DNA from: a virus
Lineage: Duplodnaviria; Caudoviricetes
Length of the DNA: 58,478 nt
IMG/VR virus record: IMGVR_UViG_3300046010_007871
Coordinates: 1 to 58,478 of that record
Reading direction: 5' to 3' (one strand)
The notes below the pieces were generated by a model. It was not told the origin of the DNA. It made no database searches and was given only the letters and a program-made list of their open reading frames with translations. Shown piece after piece: positions 1 to 8,998 of the stretch (its first letter is position 1; each line of letters opens with the position of its first letter). Made by a program: the position numbers and the translations under genes.

Positions 1-126
1 GTCGATGGTGATGGTCGGTTCGTTCGTGCTCATGTGTTCCCTGTCCCTTTGCTGAGCCGCCTCATGTAGAAAACCGCAGCGAGGGCAGCGTCTCGCGTGT
101 GGCTGTTGTCTGCGCCCCTCGGCATG
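1..126. repeat. Terminal direct repeat (circular assembly overlap), left copy
   Basis: Bases 1-126 are identical to 58350-58475. Joining them places the start of ORF 57888-58382 in an ATGA overlap with the RuvC-like stop. Confidence 0.95.
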
Positions 127-593
127 GTGATGCCCATGCGATGGAGCGCAAGTTTGACCTGTGCATCGTTGGCGGTGGGCGAGCCGCAAAACATGCGACG
201 CACCTGGGCAGCCGTCACGATGGCATCATCCTCTAGCTCGAGGTGCTTGGCGAGCACCATGCCTACCACGCTTGCCTCGGTAAGCGCACGCGTAAGCGCG
301 CTAGACGAAGCCTTGCCTGGGTATGTGCCCATGGGCACCTCGACGACGGCGCCCATCTGACTGATGTTCTGCCAGATGTCGCGGTCCTCGTAGAGCGGCC
401 TCGTGACTGCGTCGCACCAACCAACCGACCACGCGTTGCGCACCTCGACAGCCTGCGCATGCCTGCACGAGAGCCGACCCGAGGCGTCACGATGCACCAC
501 GGCGAGGCCAAGATGCTTGCCAGCGTCAATACCTAGCACAAGCATCTCGCCGCTCTTTTTGCGAGGCTTTAGGATCATCGGTGTTAGGAACAT
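30..593 (-). CDS. RuvC-like Holliday junction resolvase
   Basis: LVLGIDAG, VVEVP and DNSHTRDAA match the RuvC acidic active-site pattern. Confidence 0.75.
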   Translation of the reverse strand: MFLTPMILKPRKKSGEMLVLGIDAGKHLGLAVVHRDASGRLSCRHAQAVEVRNAWSVGWCDAVTRPLYEDRDIWQNISQMGAVVEVPMGTYPGKASSSALTRALTEASVVGMVLAKHLELEDDAIVTAAQVRRMFCGSPTANDAQVKLALHRMGITMPRGADNSHTRDAALAAVFYMRRLSKGTGNT

Positions 594-1186
594 CTCGCGG
601 CCTTCTTTGCTTCGATCACCGCACGGTGTCTCTCGCGTCTGATGCGATCGGCTTCGCGCTTTTGCTCTCGCGTGCGATGGTCCTTGTACGGTGGCTTGAC
701 GATGACGTCCTCGTCGGCATCGCCGACCATGTTGATCGCGCTCGACAGCAGCGACTGGGCATGGAGCACGCGAGCATGCGGCGGCACGGCCTCAAGGTAC
801 TCGCACTGCTCTGGGCATTCGCACCACAGCGCATCCGGCATCACAGTCGCAACGTCGCACACGCACTGGGTCTCATGGCGGCAGTCGTGACGGCGGATCT
901 CATCGCCGCGCAAGTTCCACCCAACGAGCATCTTCAGCGCCACCTTGGCTCGCCTGTGCTCCTCGAGCACCCTGCGCCGGTACTCGGTGGCACCATCTTG
1001 CGGGATGCGCCGATGCAAGACCTCGAGCCGCACGAGCATGATCAAGATGCGCGACAGCTCGCGAGGCGAGACGTGCGGCATCTTTGCGTGCAGCGAGACG
1101 GCGTTGTACCAGGCGCCATTTGCCATGGCGTCTAGCACCTCCGACCGCAACACGAGGTCGGCGATCGACGGCGGCGCGCGCTTCAT
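584..1186 (-). CDS. Hypothetical protein (possible winged-helix N-terminus, Cys-rich middle)
   Basis: Overlaps both neighbours in an operon-like way; CRHETQC and CECPEQC motifs. Confidence 0.55.
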   Translation of the reverse strand: MKRAPPSIADLVLRSEVLDAMANGAWYNAVSLHAKMPHVSPRELSRILIMLVRLEVLHRRIPQDGATEYRRRVLEEHRRAKVALKMLVGWNLRGDEIRRHDCRHETQCVCDVATVMPDALWCECPEQCEYLEAVPPHARVLHAQSLLSSAINMVGDADEDVIVKPPYKDHRTREQKREADRIRRERHRAVIEAKKAARCS

Positions 1187-1419
1187 GTCGCGGTGATATC
1201 GACCGGCGCAGGTCCGTCGAGCAGACGTGCGAGCTCCACGAGCGGCAGGTCAAACGCCTTGCTCAGCGCCGCTCGCGTGCCATACGATGTGAGCTGGTTG
1301 CGTCCGCTTTCGATGCTGCGAATGAGCGAGAACTTGAGCCCCGCGCGGAGAGCCAGGGCCTCCTGCGTCATGCTGCGATCTTGCCGCAGTTGCCTGATAA
1401 TCTCTCCGACTTGGGCCAT
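1183..1419 (-). CDS. XRE-family helix-turn-helix regulator
   Basis: IRQLRQDRSMTQEALALRAGL...IRSIESGR is a classic HTH_3 pattern. Confidence 0.9.
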   Translation of the reverse strand: MAQVGEIIRQLRQDRSMTQEALALRAGLKFSLIRSIESGRNQLTSYGTRAALSKAFDLPLVELARLLDGPAPVDITAT

Positions 1420-1426
1420 GAGCTAG

Positions 1427-1498
1427 CCCCTAGCGCGGCGACAGCAACGTGTCAAGCATCGCGAGAGACTTGACACGCTAGAGACGGTGCGCTAGATG
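1427..1498. promoter_or_regulatory. Back-to-back divergent sigma70-like promoters (XRE gene and bet)
   Basis: + strand TTGACA(1470)-17 nt-TAGATG; - strand TTGACA(1455-1450)-17 nt-TAGGGG; each lies 7 nt before an ATG. Confidence 0.7.
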
Positions 1499-1505
1499 TT
1501 CGCGC

Positions 1506-2375
1506 ATGTCCAATCTCGTCACAACCAACAGCCGTTTTGACACCGCACAAATCGACCTGATCAAGCGCACCATCGCGAAGGGCAGCACCGACGACGAGCT
1601 GACCCTGTTCGTCGAGCAATGTAAGCGCACTGGGTTAGACCCATTCGCGCGCCAAATCTACGCCGTCAAGCGGTGGGATAGCCGCGAGCGCCGCGAGGTC
1701 ATGTCCATTCAGGTCGGCATCGACGGGTTCCGACTCGTGGCCGACCGCACGGGCAAGTATCAGGGGCAACTCGGGCCGTTCTGGTGCGGCAAGGATGGCC
1801 AGTGGCGCGACGTGTGGCTCAGCGACGAGCCGCCCGCTGCGGCCAAGGTCGGCGTGCTGCGCTCGGACTTCCGCGAGCCGCTGTGGGCCGTGGCTAGGTT
1901 TAGCTCCTACGTGCAGACGAGCAAAGAGGGAGCGCCCACGCGCTTTTGGGCGCAGATGCCCGACCTGATGATCGCCAAGGTCGCCGAGGCCCTGGCATTG
2001 CGCAAGGCGTTCCCGCACGAGCTCTCTGGCCTCTACACCGCCGAGGAGATGGCGCAGGCCGAGAACGTGGCCCCCGCGCCAGTGCCTGTCGCTGCGCCTC
2101 GCCAGGTGGCCGCGCAGCGCCCGCAGCAGGCTCGCCCCGCGCCGGTGCCAGCGCCCGTGGTGCCAGACGCAGAGGTGGAGGCCGACGACGCCGACACGTT
2201 CAGCCCGGTGCTCGGGTTGTTGCACGACCTCACGCTTGTATCGAACGCCGAGGAGCTCGCGCTCGTGCGCGAGCAGCTCGTGGCGATCAAGCCGTCGTGC
2301 ACTCGCGAGCAGATCGCCAGCCTCGGGCAGGCATACAAGACCGCAGAGAAGCGCATCGCCGAGGTCCAGGCGTGA
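1506..2375 (+). CDS. bet: Phage recombination protein Bet (RecT/Redbeta ssDNA annealing)
   Basis: [58 protein letters not shown]. Confidence 0.95.
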   Translation: MSNLVTTNSRFDTAQIDLIKRTIAKGSTDDELTLFVEQCKRTGLDPFARQIYAVKRWDSRERREVMSIQVGIDGFRLVADRTGKYQGQLGPFWCGKDGQWRDVWLSDEPPAAAKVGVLRSDFREPLWAVARFSSYVQTSKEGAPTRFWAQMPDLMIAKVAEALALRKAFPHELSGLYTAEEMAQAENVAPAPVPVAAPRQVAAQRPQQARPAPVPAPVVPDAEVEADDADTFSPVLGLLHDLTLVSNAEELALVREQLVAIKPSCTREQIASLGQAYKTAEKRIAEVQA

Positions 2376-2614
2376 GCGCATACGTGGAGCAAGCCATCGT
2401 AGTGGCAGACCACGAGGCCGAGGTGCGCCTCGTGATTGAGCCTGGATACATTGACGATCGCGACCGTGAATGCCTGCGATTCATGGTCACGATCAAAAAC
2501 TCCACGGGCGAGCTTCGCTTGCCTGTGCCAGATGCCAAGACACTCGCAAAGCGCCTGCTTGAGCAGGCTCTTGGCCATGCGGTTAAGCTGACCATCAGGC
2601 GGGGAGCGCGATGA
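2372..2614 (+). CDS. Hypothetical protein
   Basis: GTG start overlaps the bet stop (GTGA). Confidence 0.55.
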   Translation: MSAYVEQAIVVADHEAEVRLVIEPGYIDDRDRECLRFMVTIKNSTGELRLPVPDAKTLAKRLLEQALGHAVKLTIRRGAR

Positions 2615-2699
2615 ATATTCTAGAAGCAAACAGGCTGCGCCGACCCCGAGGGAGGATGGCGGCGGGTGGACGTACGCCACGTGGTCGTGGGGTGGAAGG

Positions 2700-3308
2700 G
2701 TGGAAGGCGAAGCCGTGAAGCCTAACAAGCCGGTAGCGAGAAGAAAAGACTACCAGTTTGACGAGGGGTCGCACGGCGAGGCTGTCGAACTAATCCGTGC
2801 TTACCACTACGCGAAAGGGGCCGCGAACACCTCGACGGCGAGAACAATCATGCGGCGCGAGCAGCGAGCCGTAGGCGCCGCTCTTTGGATGCCACCGACA
2901 GCAGGAGCGGCTAAGGCCCTCGCCAAGAGGCACCTTGGAAGCGAAAACCTGCACAAGAAAGTGCTCGCTCTCTCTCGCCTCGTTGTAGTTCCAGGCGAAC
3001 CGCAAAATGCCGCTGGTATTCTGCTGGGGAGAACGACGAAAGACGTTGCGCGCGACGAGAGATGGGCGCTCCTCGTCACCTACGCGGACGAGGCGCAAGG
3101 ACACGAAGGAACGATCTACCGAGCCACAGGCTGGACATTTGACGGGTTCACCGAGCCGCAAATCGCTTGGCATTTGGACGGAAAACAGGTTTCCCGCCTC
3201 TCTACCAAATCAAGAACCTATGAAGAAATGAGAGCGATCGGAGCAACACAGTCGAAGTCAAGAAAGAGAAGGTTTTACAAGATTGTAGGGACGGTGCGCG
3301 ATGAATGA
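2700..3308 (+). CDS. Mom-like adenine modification protein (GNAT fold)
   Basis: YHY near the N-terminus, LSRLV, LVTYADEAQGHEGTIYRATGW and a C-terminal KRRF resemble Mu Mom-family proteins. Confidence 0.75.
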   Translation: MEGEAVKPNKPVARRKDYQFDEGSHGEAVELIRAYHYAKGAANTSTARTIMRREQRAVGAALWMPPTAGAAKALAKRHLGSENLHKKVLALSRLVVVPGEPQNAAGILLGRTTKDVARDERWALLVTYADEAQGHEGTIYRATGWTFDGFTEPQIAWHLDGKQVSRLSTKSRTYEEMRAIGATQSKSRKRRFYKIVGTVRDE

Positions 3309-3332
3309 TTGCATCGCAGAGGCGGTCGGAAA

Positions 3333-4478
3333 GTGAAGCTCCCCACAGCATCAAGCTTTGACCTCGCGTCGAAGTGCGCGCACCCGTGGACCAGCGGCAT
3401 CCCGTGGTCGCGCCCCGATGACCCATCGGTGTTCGCCTTTGGCAACGCCGTGCACGAAGCCGCCGAGCTCGCCGTTGGCTGCGGTGAGGTCGACCTCGTC
3501 AGGCTCGCGAGCAAGTACGAGCTGGGCCGAGACGACGTGCGACGCCTGGGCGCTACGGCGCGCAGCGCGTTCGACCGCGTCAACGCATACGCCGCCGAGG
3601 GCTGGCTCATGTTTGCCGAAGTCGCGGTGGCGTACCACGTCGGCAAGCGCACTGTGCGCCTGATCGACAAGTACACCCACCGGCAGGCCAACCAGGCCAA
3701 GCCTGGCGAGCTCATCGGAATCATCGACCTCGTGTGCGTGCGCCATGGACAGGTGCACGTGGCCGACTGGAAAACCGGCACGTGGCAGCGCGACGCTACG
3801 CCGGGGCTGCAGGTGCAGTTCGCCGCGATGGCAGTGGCCAAGCTCGTGGGCGCCGATAGCGCCTCGGGCTCGCTGCTCTACGTGGACGAGCGCGGCGTGC
3901 GCGAGGTGTCGGCCTCGTGGGAGTGCTGGGACCTCGACAGCACCGCCGACGTGCTGCGGCGCATCCATGAGACCACCAGCGGCGCGCCGACGCCGCCAGT
4001 CGCAGGAGACTGGTGCAAGCGCTGCAACATCCTGGGCAAGTGCTCGGCCACCGCCCTGGCCGTGCGCGACGTCGAGAGCGTGGCCACGAGCATCGCCACA
4101 GCCGAGGATGCCGCGCGCATCCACGAGATGATGCCCGCACTCGAAAAAACGCTAAAGCTCGCCCGCGAGCGCATCCGCGAGATGGCATCACGAGCGCCGA
4201 TCCCGCTCAGCAGCGGCAAGCGTCTCGTGGTGCAAGAGCGCACCCGCACGACGGTATCGGACCTCACGCCAGAGGCCGTGGCCTACCTCAATGCTCAGCA
4301 GCTACAGGCCGCGCTGGAGTTCTCGACGAGCGCCGCGGCCATCAAGCGCGTAGGTGGCGCAAAGGTCGAGCGACAAGTGATGGCGCACCTGCGCGAGATG
4401 GGATGCGTCAAGGAGAGCGTCTATACGACGCTCGCAGAGGTAGCAGATAAGGGAGGAAACAACGATGACACCGCGTGA
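3333..4478 (+). CDS. PD-(D/E)XK exonuclease (Cas4/AddB-like, DUF2800-like), probable Bet partner
   Basis: GNAVHE, AEVAVAY, GIIDLV, VADWKTG, LQVQF and the WCKRC...C Cys cluster. Confidence 0.85.
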   Translation: MKLPTASSFDLASKCAHPWTSGIPWSRPDDPSVFAFGNAVHEAAELAVGCGEVDLVRLASKYELGRDDVRRLGATARSAFDRVNAYAAEGWLMFAEVAVAYHVGKRTVRLIDKYTHRQANQAKPGELIGIIDLVCVRHGQVHVADWKTGTWQRDATPGLQVQFAAMAVAKLVGADSASGSLLYVDERGVREVSASWECWDLDSTADVLRRIHETTSGAPTPPVAGDWCKRCNILGKCSATALAVRDVESVATSIATAEDAARIHEMMPALEKTLKLARERIREMASRAPIPLSSGKRLVVQERTRTTVSDLTPEAVAYLNAQQLQAALEFSTSAAAIKRVGGAKVERQVMAHLREMGCVKESVYTTLAEVADKGGNNDDTA

Positions 4479-4650
4479 CTTCTATGTGCTCGCCCGCGAC
4501 GGCGAACGCTCCGAGCTGCTAGACCTGTTTGACGCGCTGGCAGAGAGCCGCAAGGTGCGCGGCGCTTGCGTCGTGCGTGCGAGCGACGGTAAGCGAATGA
4601 GCGAGACCGTGAGGGGCCACGTCATGCCACAGCGCCCCGAGGAGCGATGA
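4465..4650 (+). CDS. Hypothetical protein
   Basis: GGAGG RBS; overlaps the dUTPase start. Confidence 0.5.
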   Translation: MTPRDFYVLARDGERSELLDLFDALAESRKVRGACVVRASDGKRMSETVRGHVMPQRPEER

Positions 4651-5132
4651 CCGTGCCCTACTTGTCCGATCTCGACGTGTGCGTGCAGTTGACCAGGCCC
4701 ACGGGCACGCTGCCAGAGCGAGCCACCGATGGCGCCAGCGGCTACGACCTGCGCATGGCCGGATGGCGCTGGCCATGGTCGCAGGAGGTGCAGCACGGGC
4801 ACCTAATCCTCGACGCAGGCGAGCGAGCGCTAGTGCTCACCGGCCTCGCCATGTCGCTCTCGGAGGGCTGGGAGGCGCAGATCCGTGGGCGTAGCGGGCT
4901 CGCGCTAAAGCACGGGCTACAGGTCGCCTTCGGCACGATCGACAGCGACTATCGAGGCGAGGTAGGCGTGATCGTCTACAACGTCGGCGACCGCATCACG
5001 CTTCGGCCTGGCGACCGCATCGCGCAGATGGTGTTCGCTCGCGTGCCTCGCGTGCGGCTGCTCGAGGTGGCAGAGCTCACGAGCACCACCAACCGCGGCG
5101 TCGGTGGCTTCGGCTCCACGGGGCAGTCGTGA
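4647..5132 (+). CDS. dut: dUTPase (trimeric)
   Basis: ASGYDL, RSGLA, GTIDSDYRGE, RIAQ, RGVGGFGSTG. Confidence 0.97.
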   Translation: MTVPYLSDLDVCVQLTRPTGTLPERATDGASGYDLRMAGWRWPWSQEVQHGHLILDAGERALVLTGLAMSLSEGWEAQIRGRSGLALKHGLQVAFGTIDSDYRGEVGVIVYNVGDRITLRPGDRIAQMVFARVPRVRLLEVAELTSTTNRGVGGFGSTGQS

Positions 5133-5374
5133 CAACCTACGCTCGCATGATGCGAGATCTACTCGGAACCGAAAAGCGCCCAACTCGACGACAAGGATCC
5201 ATGACGCCCACCCACGACGAGGAGATGGCCCACGAGCGCGCCTACTGGCACGAGCGCATCGTCGAGGCCCTGCAGCGCGTGCGTCAACTCGACGCCGACC
5301 TGACAGCCGCGCGCGACGACAACAAGCGGCTCGTGGCCGAGCTGCGCGAGCTGCGCGAAAGGCTGCCCAGATGA
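5129..5374 (+). CDS. Hypothetical coiled-coil protein
   Basis: Overlaps both neighbours; heptad-like C-terminus. Confidence 0.55.
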   Translation: MTTYARMMRDLLGTEKRPTRRQGSMTPTHDEEMAHERAYWHERIVEALQRVRQLDADLTAARDDNKRLVAELRELRERLPR

Positions 5375-7146
5375 TCCAGCTGCACCACGGAGACTGTCTA
5401 GACGTGCTCCGCACCATGCCAGACGCCAGCGTCGACGCCATCGTGACCGACCCTCCGTACGGCCTGCGCTTCATGGGGAAGAAGTGGGATTACGACGTGC
5501 CCACGACAGAGGTGTGGGCCGAGTGCCTGCGGGTGCTCAAGCCTGGCGGGCACCTGCTCGCGTTCGCAGGCACCAGGACGCAGCACCGGATGGCGGTGCG
5601 GATTGAGGATGCAGGGTTCGAGATTAGAGATCTGATCATGTATTGCTACGGGTCAGGATTTCCAAAAAGTACAGACATATCGCGGCGCATTGATTTAGAA
5701 GAGCAAAAAAGATGGCTTGACGTTTCCAAGGCGCTTGACAACTTGGAAACTGCGGCCATAATGGAAGCATGGAAAGACCACTCAAAAGCTGCGAGCACTG
5801 CGGGGCTCTCATTCGCAAAGAGCCCAACCGCAACTGGAATCAGTACGCCAAAAAGCGGTTTTGCTCCCGAGCCTGTTCTGCTGCAAGCCGATCAAGAAAG
5901 CAGCGATGCACTTGCGCTGGTTGCGGAGTTGAGTTTCAAAGAAGCCCATCTCACGTCCAAAGCGGAGATCAATTCTGCTCCCATGCCTGCCGCCGCAAAC
6001 GAATCACAAGACCCTGTGAAGTGTGCGGAACACTCACTGAAAAGATCCAATGCAATATCTACGAACGCTGGTATTGCTCAATGCGCTGTCAAGGAATGGC
6101 CAAGCGCAAGCATGGGGGGCAATCTCAAGGCCGTCGAAGCCCTGAGGATCTGGCTTGGAAGCAAGCCGTCATCAATGCAGGCAGTTACAAATGCGCTATG
6201 TGCGGTACTGACCGCCGACTTGAAGCACATCACGTTAAGCCAATCAAAGACTTTCCAGAGCTTCGACACGACACGTCAAACGGCTTGTGCGTCTGCCATC
6301 AGTGTCACTATTACGGAATCCATGGCGGAAAGCCTAATCTCATTCACGGTCGATACGCTAAGAAAACAAGCGATTGACCGGGCGGCAGGAGCGGAGCGGG
6401 AAGTCACCGCCCCCGCCACCGACGCCGCTCGCCGATGGCAAGGCTGGGGCACCGCGCTCAAGCCCGCCCTGGAGCCGATCACCGTGGCCCGCAAGCCCCT
6501 GGAGGGCACCGTGGCCGCCAACGTGCTGCAGTGGGGAACTGGTGGGATCAACGTGGACGGGTGCAGAGTGGGCACCGACCTCATCACCCAGCACGGGCGA
6601 GGAGACAGCGCGAATATTGCTATGTCTGGGCGAAACTACGCTGAAGAAGCTGGGCGCAAGTGGACCGGTCGCTGGCCCGCCAACCTGATCCATGACGGCA
6701 GCGAGGAGGTGGTGGGGTTGTTTCCGCAGGGACGCAGTAGTGGTATATATTCTCCGACTGACCACTCTCAAGGCAAACGTGCAAAATGGGTAATAAACTT
6801 CGGCGGAATGGGGGTCCCCTCTGTTATGTATTCCGACAGCGGCAGCGCCGCCCGCTTCTTCTACACCGCAAAGGCCGATGCGACAGACCGAAACGATGGG
6901 CTCTCACCAGGCGAACGCAATAAGCACCCAACGGTCAAGCCGGTTGACCTGATGTGCTACTTGTGCCGACTCGTGACGCCGCCAGGTGGCATCGTGCTCG
7001 ACCCATTCATGGGCAGTGGCAGCACCGGCAAGGCATGCGTGACTGAGGGGTTCAGCTTCATCGGAATCGAGCGAGACGCCGACAGTTTCGCCACCGCGCA
7101 AGCGCGCGTGGTATCGCCGATGCCACTGTTCAAGGATGTGCTGTGA
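5371..7146 (+). CDS. DNA N6-adenine/N4-cytosine methyltransferase (beta class) with a large in-frame insertion
   Basis: HGDCL, VTDPPY, YGSGFPKS, GWGTALKPA, HPTVKP, LDPFMGSGSTG; ATG 5371 overlaps the upstream stop. Confidence 0.92.
   Translation: MIQLHHGDCLDVLRTMPDASVDAIVTDPPYGLRFMGKKWDYDVPTTEVWAECLRVLKPGGHLLAFAGTRTQHRMAVRIEDAGFEIRDLIMYCYGSGFPKSTDISRRIDLEEQKRWLDVSKALDNLETAAIMEAWKDHSKAASTAGLSFAKSPTATGISTPKSGFAPEPVLLQADQESSDALALVAELSFKEAHLTSKAEINSAPMPAAANESQDPVKCAEHSLKRSNAISTNAGIAQCAVKEWPSASMGGNLKAVEALRIWLGSKPSSMQAVTNALCAVLTADLKHITLSQSKTFQSFDTTRQTACASAISVTITESMAESLISFTVDTLRKQAIDRAAGAEREVTAPATDAARRWQGWGTALKPALEPITVARKPLEGTVAANVLQWGTGGINVDGCRVGTDLITQHGRGDSANIAMSGRNYAEEAGRKWTGRWPANLIHDGSEEVVGLFPQGRSSGIYSPTDHSQGKRAKWVINFGGMGVPSVMYSDSGSAARFFYTAKADATDRNDGLSPGERNKHPTVKPVDLMCYLCRLVTPPGGIVLDPFMGSGSTGKACVTEGFSFIGIERDADSFATAQARVVSPMPLFKDVL
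5769..6377 (+). CDS. HNH endonuclease with three Cys zinc-finger repeats, nested out of frame inside the methyltransferase
   Basis: CxxCG...(F/Y)CSxxC three times, then CAMCG-LEAHHVKP-NGLCVCHQCH. Confidence 0.85.
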   Translation: MERPLKSCEHCGALIRKEPNRNWNQYAKKRFCSRACSAASRSRKQRCTCAGCGVEFQRSPSHVQSGDQFCSHACRRKRITRPCEVCGTLTEKIQCNIYERWYCSMRCQGMAKRKHGGQSQGRRSPEDLAWKQAVINAGSYKCAMCGTDRRLEAHHVKPIKDFPELRHDTSNGLCVCHQCHYYGIHGGKPNLIHGRYAKKTSD

Positions 7147-7961
7147 TGACCTACGCCGCACGCATTCTTGCCGACAGTCTCGCGCCGAGTGGCGTGCGGC
7201 TCACCACGTTTGAGGTCACGTTCCCGCGCTTCATCCTGGCCGAGTGGAACACGCACCGCATGCTCTCGCGCAACGCTGCGAGCTCGCGCGCCGTGCCAGT
7301 GCGCAAGCTGCTCGAGCAGGTCGAGACCGAGCCCTTCGTGCCCGAGTACTGGGGAGCCAACAGGCCAGGCATGCAGGCCACCGAGGAGCTACCCGAGCGC
7401 GACGCAGCAGACGCTCGCGCCACGTGGCTACAGGCTCGCGACGCAGCGTGCGACCACGCCCGAGTCTTGATGAGCCTCGGCGCGCACAAGCAGCTCGCAA
7501 ACAGGCTGCTCGAGCCGTTCTTGTGGTGCACTGTCATCGTCAGCGCCACCACGTGGGACAACCTATTCACCCTGCGATGCCACGCCGACGCACAGCCAGA
7601 GTTCCGGCGCATCGCATGCATGATGCGCGACGAGCTTGGCACATCCACGCCACGAGCACTCGCCATCGGCGACTGGCACTTGCCGCTCGCGCCAGACGTC
7701 GACGAGCTGCAGGCCGAGGGCTACACCATCGACGAGCGCGCGCGCATCAGCGCCGCCAGGTGCGCTCGCGTGAGCTATCTTACCCACGATGGCAAGCGCG
7801 TGCCTGCCACCGACCTAGAGCTCGCGCGCAGGCTCCTCGAGGCTGGCCACATGAGCCCGTTCGAGCACGTTGCGCAGCCCAGCAGCCAAGAGCACACGCG
7901 CAGCGGCAACTTCCACGGCTGGTATCAATACCGAAAGCGCCTCGAAAGCCGCGCTTTGTAA
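7143..7961 (+). CDS. thyX: FAD-dependent thymidylate synthase
   Basis: NTHRMLSRNAASSRA, HKQLANRLLEPF, LRCHADAQPE, ARCARVSY, HMSPFEH. Confidence 0.93.
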   Translation: MMTYAARILADSLAPSGVRLTTFEVTFPRFILAEWNTHRMLSRNAASSRAVPVRKLLEQVETEPFVPEYWGANRPGMQATEELPERDAADARATWLQARDAACDHARVLMSLGAHKQLANRLLEPFLWCTVIVSATTWDNLFTLRCHADAQPEFRRIACMMRDELGTSTPRALAIGDWHLPLAPDVDELQAEGYTIDERARISAARCARVSYLTHDGKRVPATDLELARRLLEAGHMSPFEHVAQPSSQEHTRSGNFHGWYQYRKRLESRAL

Positions 7962-7989
7962 CAATCGACATCGGGCGTGTAAAAAAGAC

Positions 7990-8046
7990 TTGCGCGCTGC
8001 GCTGGCTGCGCTATTGTCTCCGTACCGACACCCCACAGCGGGACGG
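7990..8046 (+). promoter_or_regulatory. Promoter (TTGCGC-16-TATTGT) plus conserved leader hairpin, copy 1
   Basis: A-tract upstream; hairpin ccgACACCCCacagcGGGAcgg at 8025-8046. Confidence 0.65.
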
Positions 8047-8063
8047 CAACAAGGAGAGAACCA

Positions 8064-8282
8064 GTGACCACGCGACAGAACTACATCGATTTCTGCCAGG
8101 AACATGGAACCGATCCGGTCGAGTACGAAAACCAAGTGCTTTCGATCGGCAGCGAATACTTGCCCGGGTGTGCGCGCCGTGTCCGCGACAGCGGAAAAGC
8201 GAGCGCTGCCTACTGGCGCTGGTTGACAGAGCAGCTGGCTTTGGAAATCATGGAAAACGAGTGCCGACCCAGCTTTGATTGA
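8064..8282 (+). CDS. Small hypothetical early protein
   Basis: AAGGAG RBS before GTG. Confidence 0.7.
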   Translation: MTTRQNYIDFCQEHGTDPVEYENQVLSIGSEYLPGCARRVRDSGKASAAYWRWLTEQLALEIMENECRPSFD

Positions 8283-8336
8283 CACGACACATCACACGAG
8301 ATACATCACGACCACGGACACCCCACAGCGGGACCG
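8279..8336 (+). promoter_or_regulatory. Promoter (TTGACA-17-TACATC) plus leader hairpin, copy 2
   Basis: Hairpin cggACACCCCacagcGGGAccg at 8315-8336. Confidence 0.7.
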
Positions 8337-8355
8337 ACAGGAGACCAAGGAGACC

Positions 8356-8547
8356 ATGACCATGATCATCAGCATTCGAGCAAATCAACTGCGAGTAGGC
8401 GACAAGCTCGTCGCCATCGAGTACGTGTATAACGAGAAGATCACCAAGCTCACCACGCTGCCCAACGGCAGCGTCGAGATCATCATGGGCCGCGGGCGTC
8501 GCGTGCGCACCGTCGCCCCCACCACCGAGTGCGAGGTGTCGCGATGA
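8356..8547 (+). CDS. Small hypothetical protein (beta-rich, SH3-like)
   Basis: AAGGAG RBS; ANQLRVGD motif. Confidence 0.65.
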   Translation: MTMIISIRANQLRVGDKLVAIEYVYNEKITKLTTLPNGSVEIIMGRGRRVRTVAPTTECEVSR

Positions 8548-8927
8548 GCGCCGCCGCACTGCAGCCGAGCCCCGAGCTGTGGGCCGAGATGCGCCGCAGC
8601 AAGCAGCTGTTCTTCAGCGTCGGCTACCCCTATCACAGCACCTACCTTGCGCAGCCCGAGCGCGCGGGTTTCATGCTGTGGCGCAACGAGTGGGGCCAGC
8701 CGATGCTCGACATCGTCGGCCCGTGCAAGGGCAAGAGGCAGTGGCAAAAGACGGTCACCGAGGGCTGGCGGCAGGCCCTTGAGGTCATCCCCGCCGACCT
8801 CTTTGCATGGGGCCCGCTCTTGCGCGACTTCGGAGACTACGGCACCACCATGGCCTTGCACAAGCTCGGGCGCATCAGCGCGTGCGATACGCGCGTGGCC
8901 ATCGCGGAGATGACGACGCGGGCTTGA
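8544..8927 (+). CDS. Hypothetical protein
   Basis: GAGG RBS, ATGA overlap. Confidence 0.6.
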   Translation: MSAAALQPSPELWAEMRRSKQLFFSVGYPYHSTYLAQPERAGFMLWRNEWGQPMLDIVGPCKGKRQWQKTVTEGWRQALEVIPADLFAWGPLLRDFGDYGTTMALHKLGRISACDTRVAIAEMTTRA

Positions 8928-8983
8928 CACGACCTTTCACGCGAGATACATCACGACCATGCCGACACCCCACGAGGGACGGC
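8924..8983 (+). promoter_or_regulatory. Promoter (TTGACA-17-TACATC) plus leader hairpin, copy 3
   Basis: Near-identical to the copy 2 promoter; hairpin gccgACACCCCacgaGGGAcggc at 8961-8983. Confidence 0.7.
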
Positions 8984-8998
8984 CACAACGGAGACACC

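Noticed and set aside
3333-4478. Cas4 adaptation nuclease of the CRISPR system
   Set aside because: It sits with bet, far from csf, and there is no cas1/cas2; a recombination exonuclease is the simpler reading
5104-5370. N-terminal extension of the methyltransferase in the 680 aa ORF call
   Set aside because: It overlaps dut and ORF 5129-5374 and is Arg-rich shadow sequence; MTase motifs begin at ATG 5371
5660-6380. Intein or group I intron in the methyltransferase
   Set aside because: No Cys/Ser...His-Asn intein ends, the nuclease is in a different frame, and I recognised no intron core. Splicing is not formally excluded.
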